Assembly (NCBI GenBank): GCA_018335015.1
Contig: JAGXKX010000001.1
Location: forward strand, 54,028 to 118,027
Reading direction: 5' to 3'
Length of the DNA stretch: 64,000 nt
Origin: Candidatus Bipolaricaulota bacterium
GTDB taxonomy: Bacteria > Bipolaricaulota > Bipolaricaulia > M55B111
Below, piece after piece: positions 38,600 to 48,435 of this stretch. Both the position numbers and the translations under genes were made by a program. Positions within the stretch are counted from its first letter, which is position 1, and each line of letters begins with the position of its first letter. Below the pieces are notes generated by a model, which was not told the DNA's origin, searched no databases, and saw only the letters and a program-made list of their open reading frames with translations.

Positions 38600-39818
38600 A
38601 TCTTAACGCCTCTACTGGCTGAAGCCTGGACGCCTGCCGGGCGGGGAGAACGCCCGAAATCGAGCCGAGAACAAACGAAAAAGCGATCGCACCGATCAAC
38701 AGTCCCGGGCCAAAAGAGGGCGTAAAAGGAGCAGACAGGGCCTGGCTGATGAACCTACCGGCAAGGATACTAAGACCCACCCCTACAAGTGTACCGATGG
38801 CCCCACCAACCAGACCGAGTAGTCCCGATTCCGTCAGAAATAAGCCGAGAATCTGCCCATTTTTTGCCCCCACTGCCTTCATCACTCCTATCTCTCTGGT
38901 CCTTTCCAGAACGGCCGTGTACATAGTATTCATCACTCCAATCCCACCAACCAGCAACGATATCGCGGCAATTCCAGCCAGCGCTATCTGGATCGTTCCC
39001 AGAGCGCTGTTGACTCTGTTACTTATCTCCTCCGTAGTGATCGTGGTAGCAGCTGTATCGTCAGCCGAGTAGGCTCGTTCAATTTCGTCAGCTACCTCGG
39101 AGACTTCTGCGTCTTCGAAAACCTTGGCCAGAATAAGGGAGGCGTTACCTTTGCGTCCGTAAAGATTTTCAAGAGCGGAAAGAGGGATGAATAGCCCGTT
39201 ATTCAGGTCACCGTAAAAATTGAACTGCCCGTCGTTACCCTCTTCGTCCGTACCCAGAAGACCGCTCACGGTAAATTCCTTACCCTCTATCCGTATAATA
39301 TCACCCGGGGATACTCCTAGTTCTCTCGCGATCTCGTCGCCGATCACCACTCCGCTCTCCTCGCTTTCGTAAGAAAACCGTTCTCCTTGAGATATAGGAA
39401 ACCCATCGAAATAGGCCTCAAAATCGGAAAGTACGGCAGGGCTCATCCCCGTTACCCGGAGAAAAGCCTGCCCCTCAAGACCTTCTGAAACTATCTGCAG
39501 ATCCTCGCTCCGAATAGCCGCGGAGGTTTTTACCCCTTCGACTTCGTTTATAACGCTCTTATTTAGATAGGAACTTGTATCGGCGCCGGTATTGCCAAAC
39601 CCGCCCCGCCCGGTATCGAAGTTACCGGGGAGAACAGTAACGGTATTATACCCGACCTTATCGAACTCGTTCAGAATAGAATCCTGGATTCCCTGACCAA
39701 TTGAGATCAGCGTGACGATTGCAGTAACTCCAATTACCACACCCAGGATGGTCAACCACGACCGGAGACTTCTATTCCTGATCGAATGCCAGGACAAACT
39801 TAGATAGTCGAACAACAT
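38592..39818 (-). CDS. ABC transporter permease, FtsX/MacB family with large extracytoplasmic domain
   Basis: It has a MacB-type periplasmic core and a C-terminal FtsX 4-TM region (GVMNTMYTAVLERTREIGVMKAVGA). Confidence 0.8.
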   Translation of the reverse strand: MLFDYLSLSWHSIRNRSLRSWLTILGVVIGVTAIVTLISIGQGIQDSILNEFDKVGYNTVTVLPGNFDTGRGGFGNTGADTSSYLNKSVINEVEGVKTSAAIRSEDLQIVSEGLEGQAFLRVTGMSPAVLSDFEAYFDGFPISQGERFSYESEESGVVIGDEIARELGVSPGDIIRIEGKEFTVSGLLGTDEEGNDGQFNFYGDLNNGLFIPLSALENLYGRKGNASLILAKVFEDAEVSEVADEIERAYSADDTAATTITTEEISNRVNSALGTIQIALAGIAAISLLVGGIGVMNTMYTAVLERTREIGVMKAVGAKNGQILGLFLTESGLLGLVGGAIGTLVGVGLSILAGRFISQALSAPFTPSFGPGLLIGAIAFSFVLGSISGVLPARQASRLQPVEALRYE

Positions 39819-40519
39819 TAATTGTCCCCCTCGTTTTCCTTACCGTTTTTAATTTTCCCGTCAATCATGTTCACTATCCTGACGGCGTATTCCGCGTCTC
39901 TAGGGTTGTGAGTGACTACTACGATCGTGGTTCCTCGGTTTCTATTTAAACCCTTGATTAACTCCATTATATCCTTACCCGTCTCCGAATCGAGATTTCC
40001 CGTCGGTTCGTCCGCAAGCAGGATATCTGGGTCGTTTATCAGGGCCCGGGCAATTGAAACCCGCTGTTGTTCTCCTCCGGATAGCTCAGCCGGCTTATGA
40101 GTAAGCCGGTCGCTCAGTCCGACCATTTCAAGGAGTTCGGCAGCTCGTTCCTCCCTTTCCGATTTTCCTATACCTTGAAAGGTAAGGGGGAGGGCCACGT
40201 TGTCCAGACTCGAGAGGGTATGGATCAAATTGAAGGTCTGAAAGACGAAACCCACCTTATTGCCACGTAGTTCTGCGAGTTCGTTTTCGTCGTAATCGGA
40301 TATGTCCTTTCCGTCCAGCAGCACCCGGCCCTGGTCCGGAATGTCCAGGGCGCCAATTATGTGCATTAACGTGCTTTTACCGGAACCGGAAGGCCCAACT
40401 ATCCCGACAAACTCTCCGTTATTGATCTTGAGGTCCAGGCCACGTAAAGCCCGGACTGTAGTTTCGCCCATAATGTATTTCTTGGCGACGTTCTGTAACT
40501 CTACCATTGGTTCTTTCAT
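39818..40519 (-). CDS. ABC transporter ATP-binding protein (LolD/MacB-type)
   Basis: Walker A (GPSGSGKST), the ABC signature ([15 protein letters not shown]) and Walker B ([11 protein letters not shown]) are present. Confidence 0.9.
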   Translation of the reverse strand: MKEPMVELQNVAKKYIMGETTVRALRGLDLKINNGEFVGIVGPSGSGKSTLMHIIGALDIPDQGRVLLDGKDISDYDENELAELRGNKVGFVFQTFNLIHTLSSLDNVALPLTFQGIGKSEREERAAELLEMVGLSDRLTHKPAELSGGEQQRVSIARALINDPDILLADEPTGNLDSETGKDIMELIKGLNRNRGTTIVVVTHNPRDAEYAVRIVNMIDGKIKNGKENEGDN

Positions 40520-40521
40520 AT

Positions 40522-41163
40522 TTAGGGTTGGTAGCTAAATTCCACCAGTTCTATTCTAGTCTCGACTTCGCCGTTTTTCAGTAATTCAAAGAAAGTGGGG
40601 AAGAGTAGCAGGTCCCTCGTCTCCCTGTCGGCAAGTGCAAGCCGTGCCCGCTGATTGGGGTAGTTGGAATGAGTAAAAACCCCGGTCACGACGTCCACTC
40701 CGGCTATATTATCTTCTTCCTGAGCAACTAGCCTGCCCCCATCGGGCAATCGTATTGGTTGATTGGGCTTTATCTCGATGTTTCTCTCGTCAATCGTGGA
40801 TAGGGGGCTGAGGTCCATGGTTGGATAGCCTCCCTCATCGTAACGTGACCCCCCGGCACTAGCACCCCCGCTTGCCCCAAAAGCCGTTGAGACCTCCTCC
40901 CGCGCTCGACCCGGGCTGGAAACCTTCTCCGTCACATCGTAGGAATCCCCGGAGGGTTCAACCTTGATAGTGTACTCCCGTGGAGGAGCATCGCTACTTG
41001 GCTCGCTGATATGAAACACCGCCCTCAGAGTACCTCCAGGGTACTCTCCCATGCCAAATATTCCCGCGGCCGCGCTTACCCGGAATAAAGTAACTAACAT
41101 AAGTACGCTCAAACCAACCAGCATCACGGCAGATAATCTTCCATCCTCTGTAAATGATTTCAT
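40522..41163 (-). CDS. membrane-anchored hypothetical protein
   Basis: It is 213 aa with an N-terminal TM segment. It sits between the PadR and ABC genes. There is no recognisable domain. Confidence 0.45.
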   Translation of the reverse strand: MKSFTEDGRLSAVMLVGLSVLMLVTLFRVSAAAGIFGMGEYPGGTLRAVFHISEPSSDAPPREYTIKVEPSGDSYDVTEKVSSPGRAREEVSTAFGASGGASAGGSRYDEGGYPTMDLSPLSTIDERNIEIKPNQPIRLPDGGRLVAQEEDNIAGVDVVTGVFTHSNYPNQRARLALADRETRDLLLFPTFFELLKNGEVETRIELVEFSYQP

Positions 41164-41181
41164 CCTTACCCCCCATAATTA

Positions 41182-41577
41182 TTAATCAAAAAACTCTTCC
41201 CCGATCTCTTCCAGCAGAACTTCGAATTCTTCCTTGCCCGCGAGAAACCTGTATATGTACATCAAACCCAGAATTTGGTCCACCGGGTTTATTTCCTCCT
41301 CGCACTTACCCCTTAGCCTTTCAAGCTCTTCGCGGCCCTCCCCGGTAAGGCCGTAATACTGTCGACTACTATCCTCGTCATCCTCATCCAGGTCCACTTC
41401 TTCGATCCACCCCTCTCCCTCCAACCTCTCCAGGGCACCGTAAACAGTCCCTTGGCCGGGTTGTAAATAACCCTCGGACTCGTCTTCAATCTTCTGAATC
41501 AGCTCGTAGCCGTAACGCGGCTGGTCCTCCATAAGCGAGAACAACAGGAACTTCAAGAATCCGTGTGTCTTTCGCAA
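41182..41577 (-). CDS. PadR-family transcriptional regulator
   Basis: The PadR wHTH motif is FLKFLLFSLMEDQPRYGYELIQKIE ... GTVYGALERLEGEGWI. I start it at TTG (41577), preceded by GGAGAGGAG. The longer track ORF starting at 41721 would run through the promoter and the MITE. Confidence 0.6.
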   Translation of the reverse strand: MRKTHGFLKFLLFSLMEDQPRYGYELIQKIEDESEGYLQPGQGTVYGALERLEGEGWIEEVDLDEDDEDSSRQYYGLTGEGREELERLRGKCEEEINPVDQILGLMYIYRFLAGKEEFEVLLEEIGEEFFD

Positions 41578-41606
41578 ATCGACTCCTCTCCGGTTTATGT
41601 TACGTA

Positions 41607-41640
41607 ACGTAATATTACGTTCTGTAAAAGATAAGGTCAA
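41607..41640 (-). promoter_or_regulatory. putative PadR promoter and operator: -35 TTGACC, 17-nt spacer, -10 TAATAT overlapping a 14-bp perfect palindrome ACGTAATATTACGT
   Basis: The palindrome is at 41607-41620, flanked by TTACGTAA. The plus-strand complements GGTCAA (41635-41640) and ATATTA (41612-41617) form the promoter on the minus strand. Confidence 0.45.
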
Positions 41641-41654
41641 TATCTTCTTTGTCT

Positions 41655-41849
41655 CAGTTCTTTCACCATCCCCGTACATCATTGGTTTGTCCTCCTGTGC
41701 CTCCTGCCTATTACCTGGCAACTGATTTAACCTTAAAATGCTACCAGTAGACGAAATCCGGCAGCCAGGTAATAGGCAGGAGGCTTGAACTAAAAATATT
41801 GTGATTCCTCCCGACCTTCACCTTACTCCGAATAGTGGTGAAAGAACTG
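41655..41849. repeat. MITE-like element copy F (195 bp)
   Basis: The TIRs are CAGTTCTTTCACC (41655-41667) and GTGGTGAAAGAACTG (41835-41849). The hairpin spans 41701-41783 (CTCCTGCCTA-TTACCTGGC ... GCCAGGTAA-TAGGCAGGAG, with a perfectly complementary outer stem). Confidence 0.7.
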
Positions 41850-41962
41850 ATTTTTGTGTTAACCCCTGAATTTCTTACTGGATAAACTTCCCCCTTTTAG
41901 CTAAACTGTTAAACACCTGAAGAAGTTTTCCTCTACGGAACTGGAAATGCACTGGTGATAAC

Positions 41963-42583
41963 ATGATAAAGACAATAACTTTCGACTTTGGTGGAGTACT
42001 TTACGATTACGACGGAGAGATACTCCTAGAGAGACTTGCTTCCCGCTCAAAGGGAACCCTGAATGATCTGAAGGCCCTTCTAAAAGAATCCGAGCTGGAC
42101 CGGGCTCATTTCCGCGGGGAGATCGAGGCGGAAGAACTTTTGAATGTTCTGGAAGACCTGGTCGGGCTGGAGTTGAACGTAGAAGAACTGGCCAGCGCCT
42201 ACGCGGATAGCGTCCAACCGAAAGAAGAGATGTTCGAACTAGTGCGTGAGCTTAAGGTCAACTATAATCTCCAGCTTTACTCCGATACCCCGAAGATTCT
42301 TTACGATCGCGTTATAACAGATATGCCGATCTTCGAACTGTTTTCAGACGTTATCCTTTCTTTCCGGGTCGGAAAATTGAAGGATTCACCCGAGGGACAC
42401 AGAGAAGTAATTGAAAAGGCCGGTTACTCGCCGGGGGAAATAATATTCATTGACGATAGAGGTGAATTCGTAGACCAGGCAAAAGAACTGGACATCAACG
42501 GAATTAAGTTTACGAGTATTAATGACCTGATAGAGGATTTCGCCGGACTTGGTGTTAAACTGGACGGCAAATTTGACGTTTAA
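41963..42583 (+). CDS. HAD-superfamily hydrolase (subfamily IA-like)
   Basis: Motif I is FDFGGVL. A C-terminal IFIDD motif is present. Confidence 0.7.
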   Translation: MIKTITFDFGGVLYDYDGEILLERLASRSKGTLNDLKALLKESELDRAHFRGEIEAEELLNVLEDLVGLELNVEELASAYADSVQPKEEMFELVRELKVNYNLQLYSDTPKILYDRVITDMPIFELFSDVILSFRVGKLKDSPEGHREVIEKAGYSPGEIIFIDDRGEFVDQAKELDINGIKFTSINDLIEDFAGLGVKLDGKFDV

Positions 42584-42597
42584 CGGGAGGGAAAGTT

Positions 42598-43479
42598 ATT
42601 CAAAAACCATCCACTTTCTCAATTGTAGCTCACGATCCGAAAACGGAGGAACTGGGAATTGCAGTACAGTCTAAGTTCCTCGCGGCCGGAGCGGTTGTAC
42701 CCTGGGCCGAGGCGGGAATCGGCGCAGTGGCCACACAATCCGCCGCCAATACTGCTTACGGGCCGGACGGGCTTGATCTGCTTAGAAGGGGCTTGGAACC
42801 GGAAGAGGTAGTTGAAAAACTTACCGAAGCCGACGAAGAGAGAGAAATAAGGCAGGTCGGGATCGTCGATTCAAACGGAAATACGTCCGCTTTCACCGGT
42901 AGCGAATGTATCGAGTACGCCGGTCATCGTTCTGAAGAAAATTTCACCTGCCAGGGTAACATACTCGTTTCCGAAGATACTATATCTTCAATGGTTCAGA
43001 AGTTTCGGGAAACAAAAAACAGCCCTCTTTCAGAAAGGCTCGTTGCAGCTCTGAGAGCGGCCGACGAAGCGGGTGGAGACAAACGAGGCAAGCAATCAGC
43101 GGCACTATTAGTGGTAGAGAAAGAAGGGGGATACGGTGGGTTCAACGACAGAAAAATCGACCTGCGAGTAGACGATAACCCTGAACCTATCAAGAAACTC
43201 AGGAACTTACTTGCCTTACACCAACTCTACTTTGGGCAGCCATCCGATGATGACCTGGTTGAGCTGGAAGAGGGCGTCATCAAAAATATTCAGCACCTTA
43301 TGGGTGAACTCGGGTACTATTCAGGCCCTGTAAATGGCAACTACGACGAAAAAACTTCAGGTGCTTTCCTGGAATACTGCCGCACGGAAAACTTCGAGGA
43401 AAAGTTACGGGACGACGGAAAACTTGACTACAGAATCGTCGAGTTCATGGAGGACCAGGTCGAGAAAAGCTCCTGTTAA
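42598..43479 (+). CDS. DUF1028 (Ntn-hydrolase-like) protein with C-terminal peptidoglycan-binding domain; start codon unresolved
   Basis: The track ORF starts at GTG 42727. The conserved family N-terminus STFSIVAHDPKTEELGIAVQSKFLAAGAVVPWAEAGIGAVATQS is encoded in the same frame from 42610, right after TGA at 42574-76. No ATG/GTG/TTG is available. The only start-like codon is ATT at 42598, 5 nt after GGGAGGG. A PG_binding_1-like motif lies at the C-terminus. Confidence 0.5.
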   Translation: MQKPSTFSIVAHDPKTEELGIAVQSKFLAAGAVVPWAEAGIGAVATQSAANTAYGPDGLDLLRRGLEPEEVVEKLTEADEEREIRQVGIVDSNGNTSAFTGSECIEYAGHRSEENFTCQGNILVSEDTISSMVQKFRETKNSPLSERLVAALRAADEAGGDKRGKQSAALLVVEKEGGYGGFNDRKIDLRVDDNPEPIKKLRNLLALHQLYFGQPSDDDLVELEEGVIKNIQHLMGELGYYSGPVNGNYDEKTSGAFLEYCRTENFEEKLRDDGKLDYRIVEFMEDQVEKSSC

Positions 43480-43495
43480 ACTTACCCCGGAGTAA

Positions 43496-45259
43496 TTAGT
43501 CTTTGTCTGCTCCGTTGACACGCAATCCGAGTTCGTTCAGCTGTTCCTCGGAAACCTCCATTGGTGCCCCGGTTAACGGGGACTGAGCCATACCGGTTTT
43601 AGGGAAGGCTATTACGTCCCTGATACTGTCTTCTCCAGCCAGCAACATTGCCAGCCTATCCAGCCCAAGTGCTATTCCTCCATGGGGCGGGGCTCCGTAA
43701 TTTAGGGCTTCCAGGAAGAACCCAAACTTATCCTGGGCGTCCTCACGTGAAATGCCAAGAACGTCGAAGACGTTCTGCTGCAGGTCCCGGTCGTGAATTC
43801 TTATGCTTCCTCCACCCAGCTCTATTCCGTTTAACACCAGGTCGTAGGCTTTTGCATCCACTTCGAGAGGGTTTTTGCTGAGCTTTTCCACGTCTTCATC
43901 TCTCGGCGAGGTAAACGGATGATGCTCCGAAGTGAGGTTCCCGGCGTCATCAGTACCAAATAGTGGAAACCGCCTTACCCAGGTAAATTTCCACCTGTCC
44001 TGCGGTATCATATTGTTCTGTTTTGCCAGCTTCAACCGTAGCCCTCCCAGTACTTCGTTTACCGTCTCTCGGGTGTCAGCTACTATGAAAACTAGATCGC
44101 CGGGGTTCGCCTCGAGCTTATCCAATATAGATTCCTCGGTTTCTCCCGTCAGGTGAGACGTAAACTGACCGTCCAGACCGTCCTCGGTGACGTCCGCCCA
44201 GAGGAGTCCTTTGGCTCCGAGTTCTTTGACGTAATCCTCGAGAGAGTCAAACTGGGATCGGTTGTATTCCTTCGGTGAACTGAGGCAAAGACCTTTCACG
44301 GCGCCTCCGTCGGCAACCGTCCCGGAGAAAATATTAAAGTTTGAATCCTCAACTACCGGGGAGAGATCGACCAGCTCCAGCCCGAACCTCAGGTCGGGTC
44401 TGTCGGAGCCGTAGCGATTCATCGCCTCTTCGTAAGTCATTCGACGCAGGGGAAGCTCCAATTCGAGGTCCAGTACCTCGTCAAATACCCGTTTTACCAT
44501 ACCTTCAGTAACATCAACCACGTCCTCTTCATCTACGAATGACATTTCCAGATCAAGTTGCGTAAATTCCGGCTGTCTATCTGCCCTGAGGTCCTCGTCC
44601 CGGAAACATTTAACTATCTGGAAGTACTTTTCGAACCCGCCGATCATAAAAAGCTGTTTGAATAGCTGGGGTGACTGAGGCAGAGCGTAGAACTTGCCGT
44701 TGTGCAACCGTGAAGGAACGAGAAAGTCACGGGCGCCCTCCGGAGTACTTTTCGTAAGGACGGGTGTCTCTATTTCCCAGAACCCTTCTTCGTCGAAATA
44801 GTCCCTAATTATTTTAAAAGCCCTGTGCCTTAGCTGGATGTTGCTCTTCATTCGATCCCTTCGGAGATCGAGGTAACGATACTTCAACCGGGTATTCTCG
44901 TTTACTTCCAGGTCATCGGCGGGCGAAAAAGGCAGGTTTTCCGAGGAGTTCAGGACTTCCATCTCCTCTACTTCCAGCTCAATCGTCCCGGTATCCAGCT
45001 TGGGATTGACATTGTCCTCGCCGCGCTCGATAATCGTCCCTTCTACTTTTACCACGTCTTCCCTGTTCAGGTCTCCGGCACGGTCGTGGAGGTCTGCCCG
45101 TTCCGGAGTGAACAACAACTGAACTATACCCGATCTATCGCGAAGGTCAATAAAGAGCAAGCCTCCTAAATCCCGTCTATTTGTAACCCAGCCGGCAAGT
45201 GTCAACGATTCGCCCAGATTTTCTTCGCTCAGTTCACCACAACGGTTAGTCCTTAACAA
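43496..45259 (-). CDS. aspS: aspartate-tRNA ligase, bacterial-type (587 aa)
   Basis: Class II motifs are present (FRDEDLRADRQPEFTQLD, GGIALGLDRLAMLLAG), together with an N-terminal OB anticodon-binding domain. Confidence 0.9.
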   Translation of the reverse strand: MLRTNRCGELSEENLGESLTLAGWVTNRRDLGGLLFIDLRDRSGIVQLLFTPERADLHDRAGDLNREDVVKVEGTIIERGEDNVNPKLDTGTIELEVEEMEVLNSSENLPFSPADDLEVNENTRLKYRYLDLRRDRMKSNIQLRHRAFKIIRDYFDEEGFWEIETPVLTKSTPEGARDFLVPSRLHNGKFYALPQSPQLFKQLFMIGGFEKYFQIVKCFRDEDLRADRQPEFTQLDLEMSFVDEEDVVDVTEGMVKRVFDEVLDLELELPLRRMTYEEAMNRYGSDRPDLRFGLELVDLSPVVEDSNFNIFSGTVADGGAVKGLCLSSPKEYNRSQFDSLEDYVKELGAKGLLWADVTEDGLDGQFTSHLTGETEESILDKLEANPGDLVFIVADTRETVNEVLGGLRLKLAKQNNMIPQDRWKFTWVRRFPLFGTDDAGNLTSEHHPFTSPRDEDVEKLSKNPLEVDAKAYDLVLNGIELGGGSIRIHDRDLQQNVFDVLGISREDAQDKFGFFLEALNYGAPPHGGIALGLDRLAMLLAGEDSIRDVIAFPKTGMAQSPLTGAPMEVSEEQLNELGLRVNGADKD

Positions 45260-45369
45260 GTCACGATCATCCTCCGAAAATATTTGATGTTTCGAAAGTT
45301 ATAGGGGATATGCTTTTATATAACAAACAATAACCCGAGAAATATTCACATCGGCGAGGAAAGGCGTCC

Positions 45370-47655
45370 CTAATCGGATTCCTCGGATTCCGGCTTAAAC
45401 CCGATATCGCCCGACTTCTCCTTCAGTCGTTTTTCGATGTTCTCGTAACGCTTCCTCGAGTCAGAAGTCACCGAAGCTGGCGTTTCGTCAATCGCCGCCA
45501 GGAAGTGATCCATGCGAACAAACTGCGAGTCGATATCCTCGCGCAGAGCGAACCTGCCGGCCTTTTTGCATACCGCGGCGATATCGGCGCCGGTGAAATT
45601 ATCTGAGAGGTTAGCCAGCTTTTCGAGGTCTATCCCTGGCTCGAGGTTCATCTCTTCCGTATGAACCCTGTATATCTTCAACCGAGCTTCTTCATCGGGC
45701 ACGGGAACGTGGATGAGTTCGTCAAACCTTCCCGGACGCAGAAGAGCCGAATCAACCATGTCGGGTCTGTTTGTTGCTCCTACCACGACGACTCCCTGTA
45801 ACTCCTCCAGACCATCCATTTCGGAAAGCAGCTGGTTGACTATTCGCTCTGTTGCCCTCGGCTCGCCAGCCCCACCTCCTCTTTCAGGAGCCAGAGCATC
45901 CAGCTCGTCGAGAAATATGATCGCCGGGGAAACCTGACGGGCCTTGTCGAAGACCTCGGCAATTCTCTGTTCTGATTCCCCGTACCATTTTGAGAGCAAA
46001 TCGCTCCCTTTGGCCGTAATAAAGTTAGAGTTACTTTCGTTGGCAATCGCCTTGGCCATAAGCGTCTTCCCGGTTCCGGGAGGACCGTACAGCAGGACAC
46101 CTCTCGGGGGTTGTATCCCTATCCTCCGGAAGGAATCCGGATTCTTTAGCGGTAACTCGATTATTTCGGACATCGTCTGTTTTATCTCCTCGAGCCCGCC
46201 TACATCTTCCCAGCTCACCTGGGGCACGTCGGCGAGTACTTCCCTCAGGGCGCTCGGCTCTATACCCTTATAGGCGTCGAACATGTCCTCCCTGGTAACT
46301 TCCAGCTCCTCCAGTTTCTCAGCCGGAATCGACTCTTCCTCAAGATTCAGTTCCGGCAACAGTCGCCGAAGAGCGTTCATTGCCGATTCCCGAGCCAGTG
46401 CTTCGATATCGGACCCGGTAAACCCGTAAGTGAGTTCGATAAACTCGTCCAGGTCTAGGTCCTCGGCCAGCGGCATCCCTCGAGTGTGTATCATGAATAT
46501 TTCCTTTCGCCCCTCCGTATCGGGTACCCCTACCATGATCTCCCGATCGAACCTGCCGGGTCGACGCAACGCCTCATCTACCGCGTCCACTCTATTTGTA
46601 GCGGCAATTACGACGACGTTCTCCCGGGGTTTCAATCCGTCCATCAGGGCCAGAAGCTGGGCAACAACCCTCCGCTCAACTTCACCGGAGGCCTCTTCCC
46701 GTTTGACCCCCAGGGAATCAAGTTCATCTATGAAAATTATTGCCGGAGCGTTATCCGAAGCTTCTTCGAAAACCTCCCTGAGCTGTTGCTCCGATTCTCC
46801 GTAGTACTTGCTCATTATCTCGGGCCCGTTGATCGAGGTAAAGTGAGCATCAGTTTCGTTCGCAACTGCCTTGGCTAGTAGGGTCTTTCCGGTTCCCGGA
46901 GGCCCGTGGAGAAGTACTCCTTTGGGCGGGTCTATCCCCAGCCTGTCAAACAGTTCGGGATTTTTCAGTGGCAGTTCGACCATTTCACGTATCCTCTGTA
47001 GGACGTCGTCGAGCCCGCCGATATCCTCGTAGGTAACTCCAACGTACTTTTCGCCTTCCTCGACCTCTTTGTATTCCGGCTTCAGCTCGATCTGGGTCTT
47101 ATTGGTAACCTTGACGATTCCTCTGGGGTTCGTACCAAGTACCTGTAATCGGATCTCCCCCAGACCGAAGCTACTCGAGTCGAGAAAATCCTGAAAGAAA
47201 CTTTCCGACATCAAGTCGGAACCGAACGGGCTTTTCGAACGCCTTATAGTCGTAGAAAGAACGTCCCCTGTCGTCAATGGCCGCCCGCCAAGAACCTGCT
47301 TAAGGCTCTGACCGCTCCCCCGGAGCCTCAGATTATCGGAGGCCGGACCGATAGTCACTTTTTTGGCTTCCTTCACGTCGGCCTTTCCGATCCTGACCTG
47401 GTCCCCGATGCTAGTGCCGGCATTATTCCTCATCAAACCGTCGATTCGGATAATATTCAGTCCCTTGTCCTGAGAGTAGCCCTCCACGGCTATACCGGCA
47501 GTCTTGTCGTTTCCTTCTATCTCAATAATATCTCCCCGGGAAATTCCCAGCTTTTTCATGGTATCAGTACTAATCCTGGCAACCCCTTTACCGAAATCCT
47601 GCTGGTTGGCTCCTGCCACCTTTAGTTCCATCTCTTTTTTTGGGCTATCGGACAT
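45370..47655 (-). CDS. CDC48/VCP-like AAA+ ATPase with two AAA domains
   Basis: An N-terminal CDC48-like domain is followed by two Walker A motifs (GPPGTGKT at both D1 and D2) and second-region-of-homology arginines. It is 761 aa. Confidence 0.9.
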   Translation of the reverse strand: MSDSPKKEMELKVAGANQQDFGKGVARISTDTMKKLGISRGDIIEIEGNDKTAGIAVEGYSQDKGLNIIRIDGLMRNNAGTSIGDQVRIGKADVKEAKKVTIGPASDNLRLRGSGQSLKQVLGGRPLTTGDVLSTTIRRSKSPFGSDLMSESFFQDFLDSSSFGLGEIRLQVLGTNPRGIVKVTNKTQIELKPEYKEVEEGEKYVGVTYEDIGGLDDVLQRIREMVELPLKNPELFDRLGIDPPKGVLLHGPPGTGKTLLAKAVANETDAHFTSINGPEIMSKYYGESEQQLREVFEEASDNAPAIIFIDELDSLGVKREEASGEVERRVVAQLLALMDGLKPRENVVVIAATNRVDAVDEALRRPGRFDREIMVGVPDTEGRKEIFMIHTRGMPLAEDLDLDEFIELTYGFTGSDIEALARESAMNALRRLLPELNLEEESIPAEKLEELEVTREDMFDAYKGIEPSALREVLADVPQVSWEDVGGLEEIKQTMSEIIELPLKNPDSFRRIGIQPPRGVLLYGPPGTGKTLMAKAIANESNSNFITAKGSDLLSKWYGESEQRIAEVFDKARQVSPAIIFLDELDALAPERGGGAGEPRATERIVNQLLSEMDGLEELQGVVVVGATNRPDMVDSALLRPGRFDELIHVPVPDEEARLKIYRVHTEEMNLEPGIDLEKLANLSDNFTGADIAAVCKKAGRFALREDIDSQFVRMDHFLAAIDETPASVTSDSRKRYENIEKRLKEKSGDIGFKPESEESD

Positions 47656-47958
47656 AATTTCACCTCGTAACTGGTATTAAAAAAATCATTTATATATCTA
47701 GATTTTTCGTACTTCATTATTATCGGAATCGAGACTAATATAGGAAGAAAGTATTCTAAGCAATTAATGCACTTAGAGTACCGGCAAATTATATATATTA
47801 ACCAAATAGGGCTCAAGACGAACTATTTTTGCAACCCGTCGCAACTCTCACTTCTTACTAATAAAAACCCTCTAAAACTCATTTTTCGGGCACGATTTTT
47901 ACTTTTTTGCCTTCCGGAGGCAACTAACTTATGATTACAATCCAGTTATCATCTAGAG

Positions 47959-48414
47959 GTGAACGAAATGAAAAGCGTACGCCAGCTCAAAGACATCCTT
48001 GGGTTAAATACCGTCCATCAGGCCCGCAACAGGATCAAGGCAGTAGAGGACGTGATTCAGCCGTACGTAAAGCGGGGAGAAAACAACGAGATCCTCGTCG
48101 GGGAGGAGGGAGTGACGATTTTAACGAAGTTGCAGGATTTGTACGAAAGTGGATTACTCCTATCCGAAGCGGCGGAAGTGGTTAGGTCGGATTACTTACC
48201 TGATGAGGAAGAGGACATTGATTCGGATTTTTATAGTTCTACATCAATCCCATCAAAAGCAAAATCAGAGGTAGATCTTATCGATTACCTCCTTGAGGAG
48301 CTCCAGTTTCAGCGAGAACTAATCCTCAACTTGGCTAGTTCCGGAGGCGAGGGAGGCACCGGGAATGAAAAGGGCGTCAATAATGAAGATAAATGGTGGC
48401 TGAAATGGATGTAA
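47959..48414 (+). CDS. hypothetical protein with N-terminal HTH-like segment and acidic linker
   Basis: It is 151 aa with a GTG start. It lies 10 nt upstream of the HD-domain gene, so the two probably form an operon. Confidence 0.4.
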   Translation: MNEMKSVRQLKDILGLNTVHQARNRIKAVEDVIQPYVKRGENNEILVGEEGVTILTKLQDLYESGLLLSEAAEVVRSDYLPDEEEDIDSDFYSSTSIPSKAKSEVDLIDYLLEELQFQRELILNLASSGGEGGTGNEKGVNNEDKWWLKWM

Positions 48415-48435
48415 TTAAATTAATTGGTGATACAG

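Noticed and set aside
41182-41721. Full-length track ORF for PadR (179 aa)
   Set aside because: The first 48 codons run through the PadR operator palindrome, the -35/-10 boxes and the MITE core. The PadR fold starts at the TTG at 41577.
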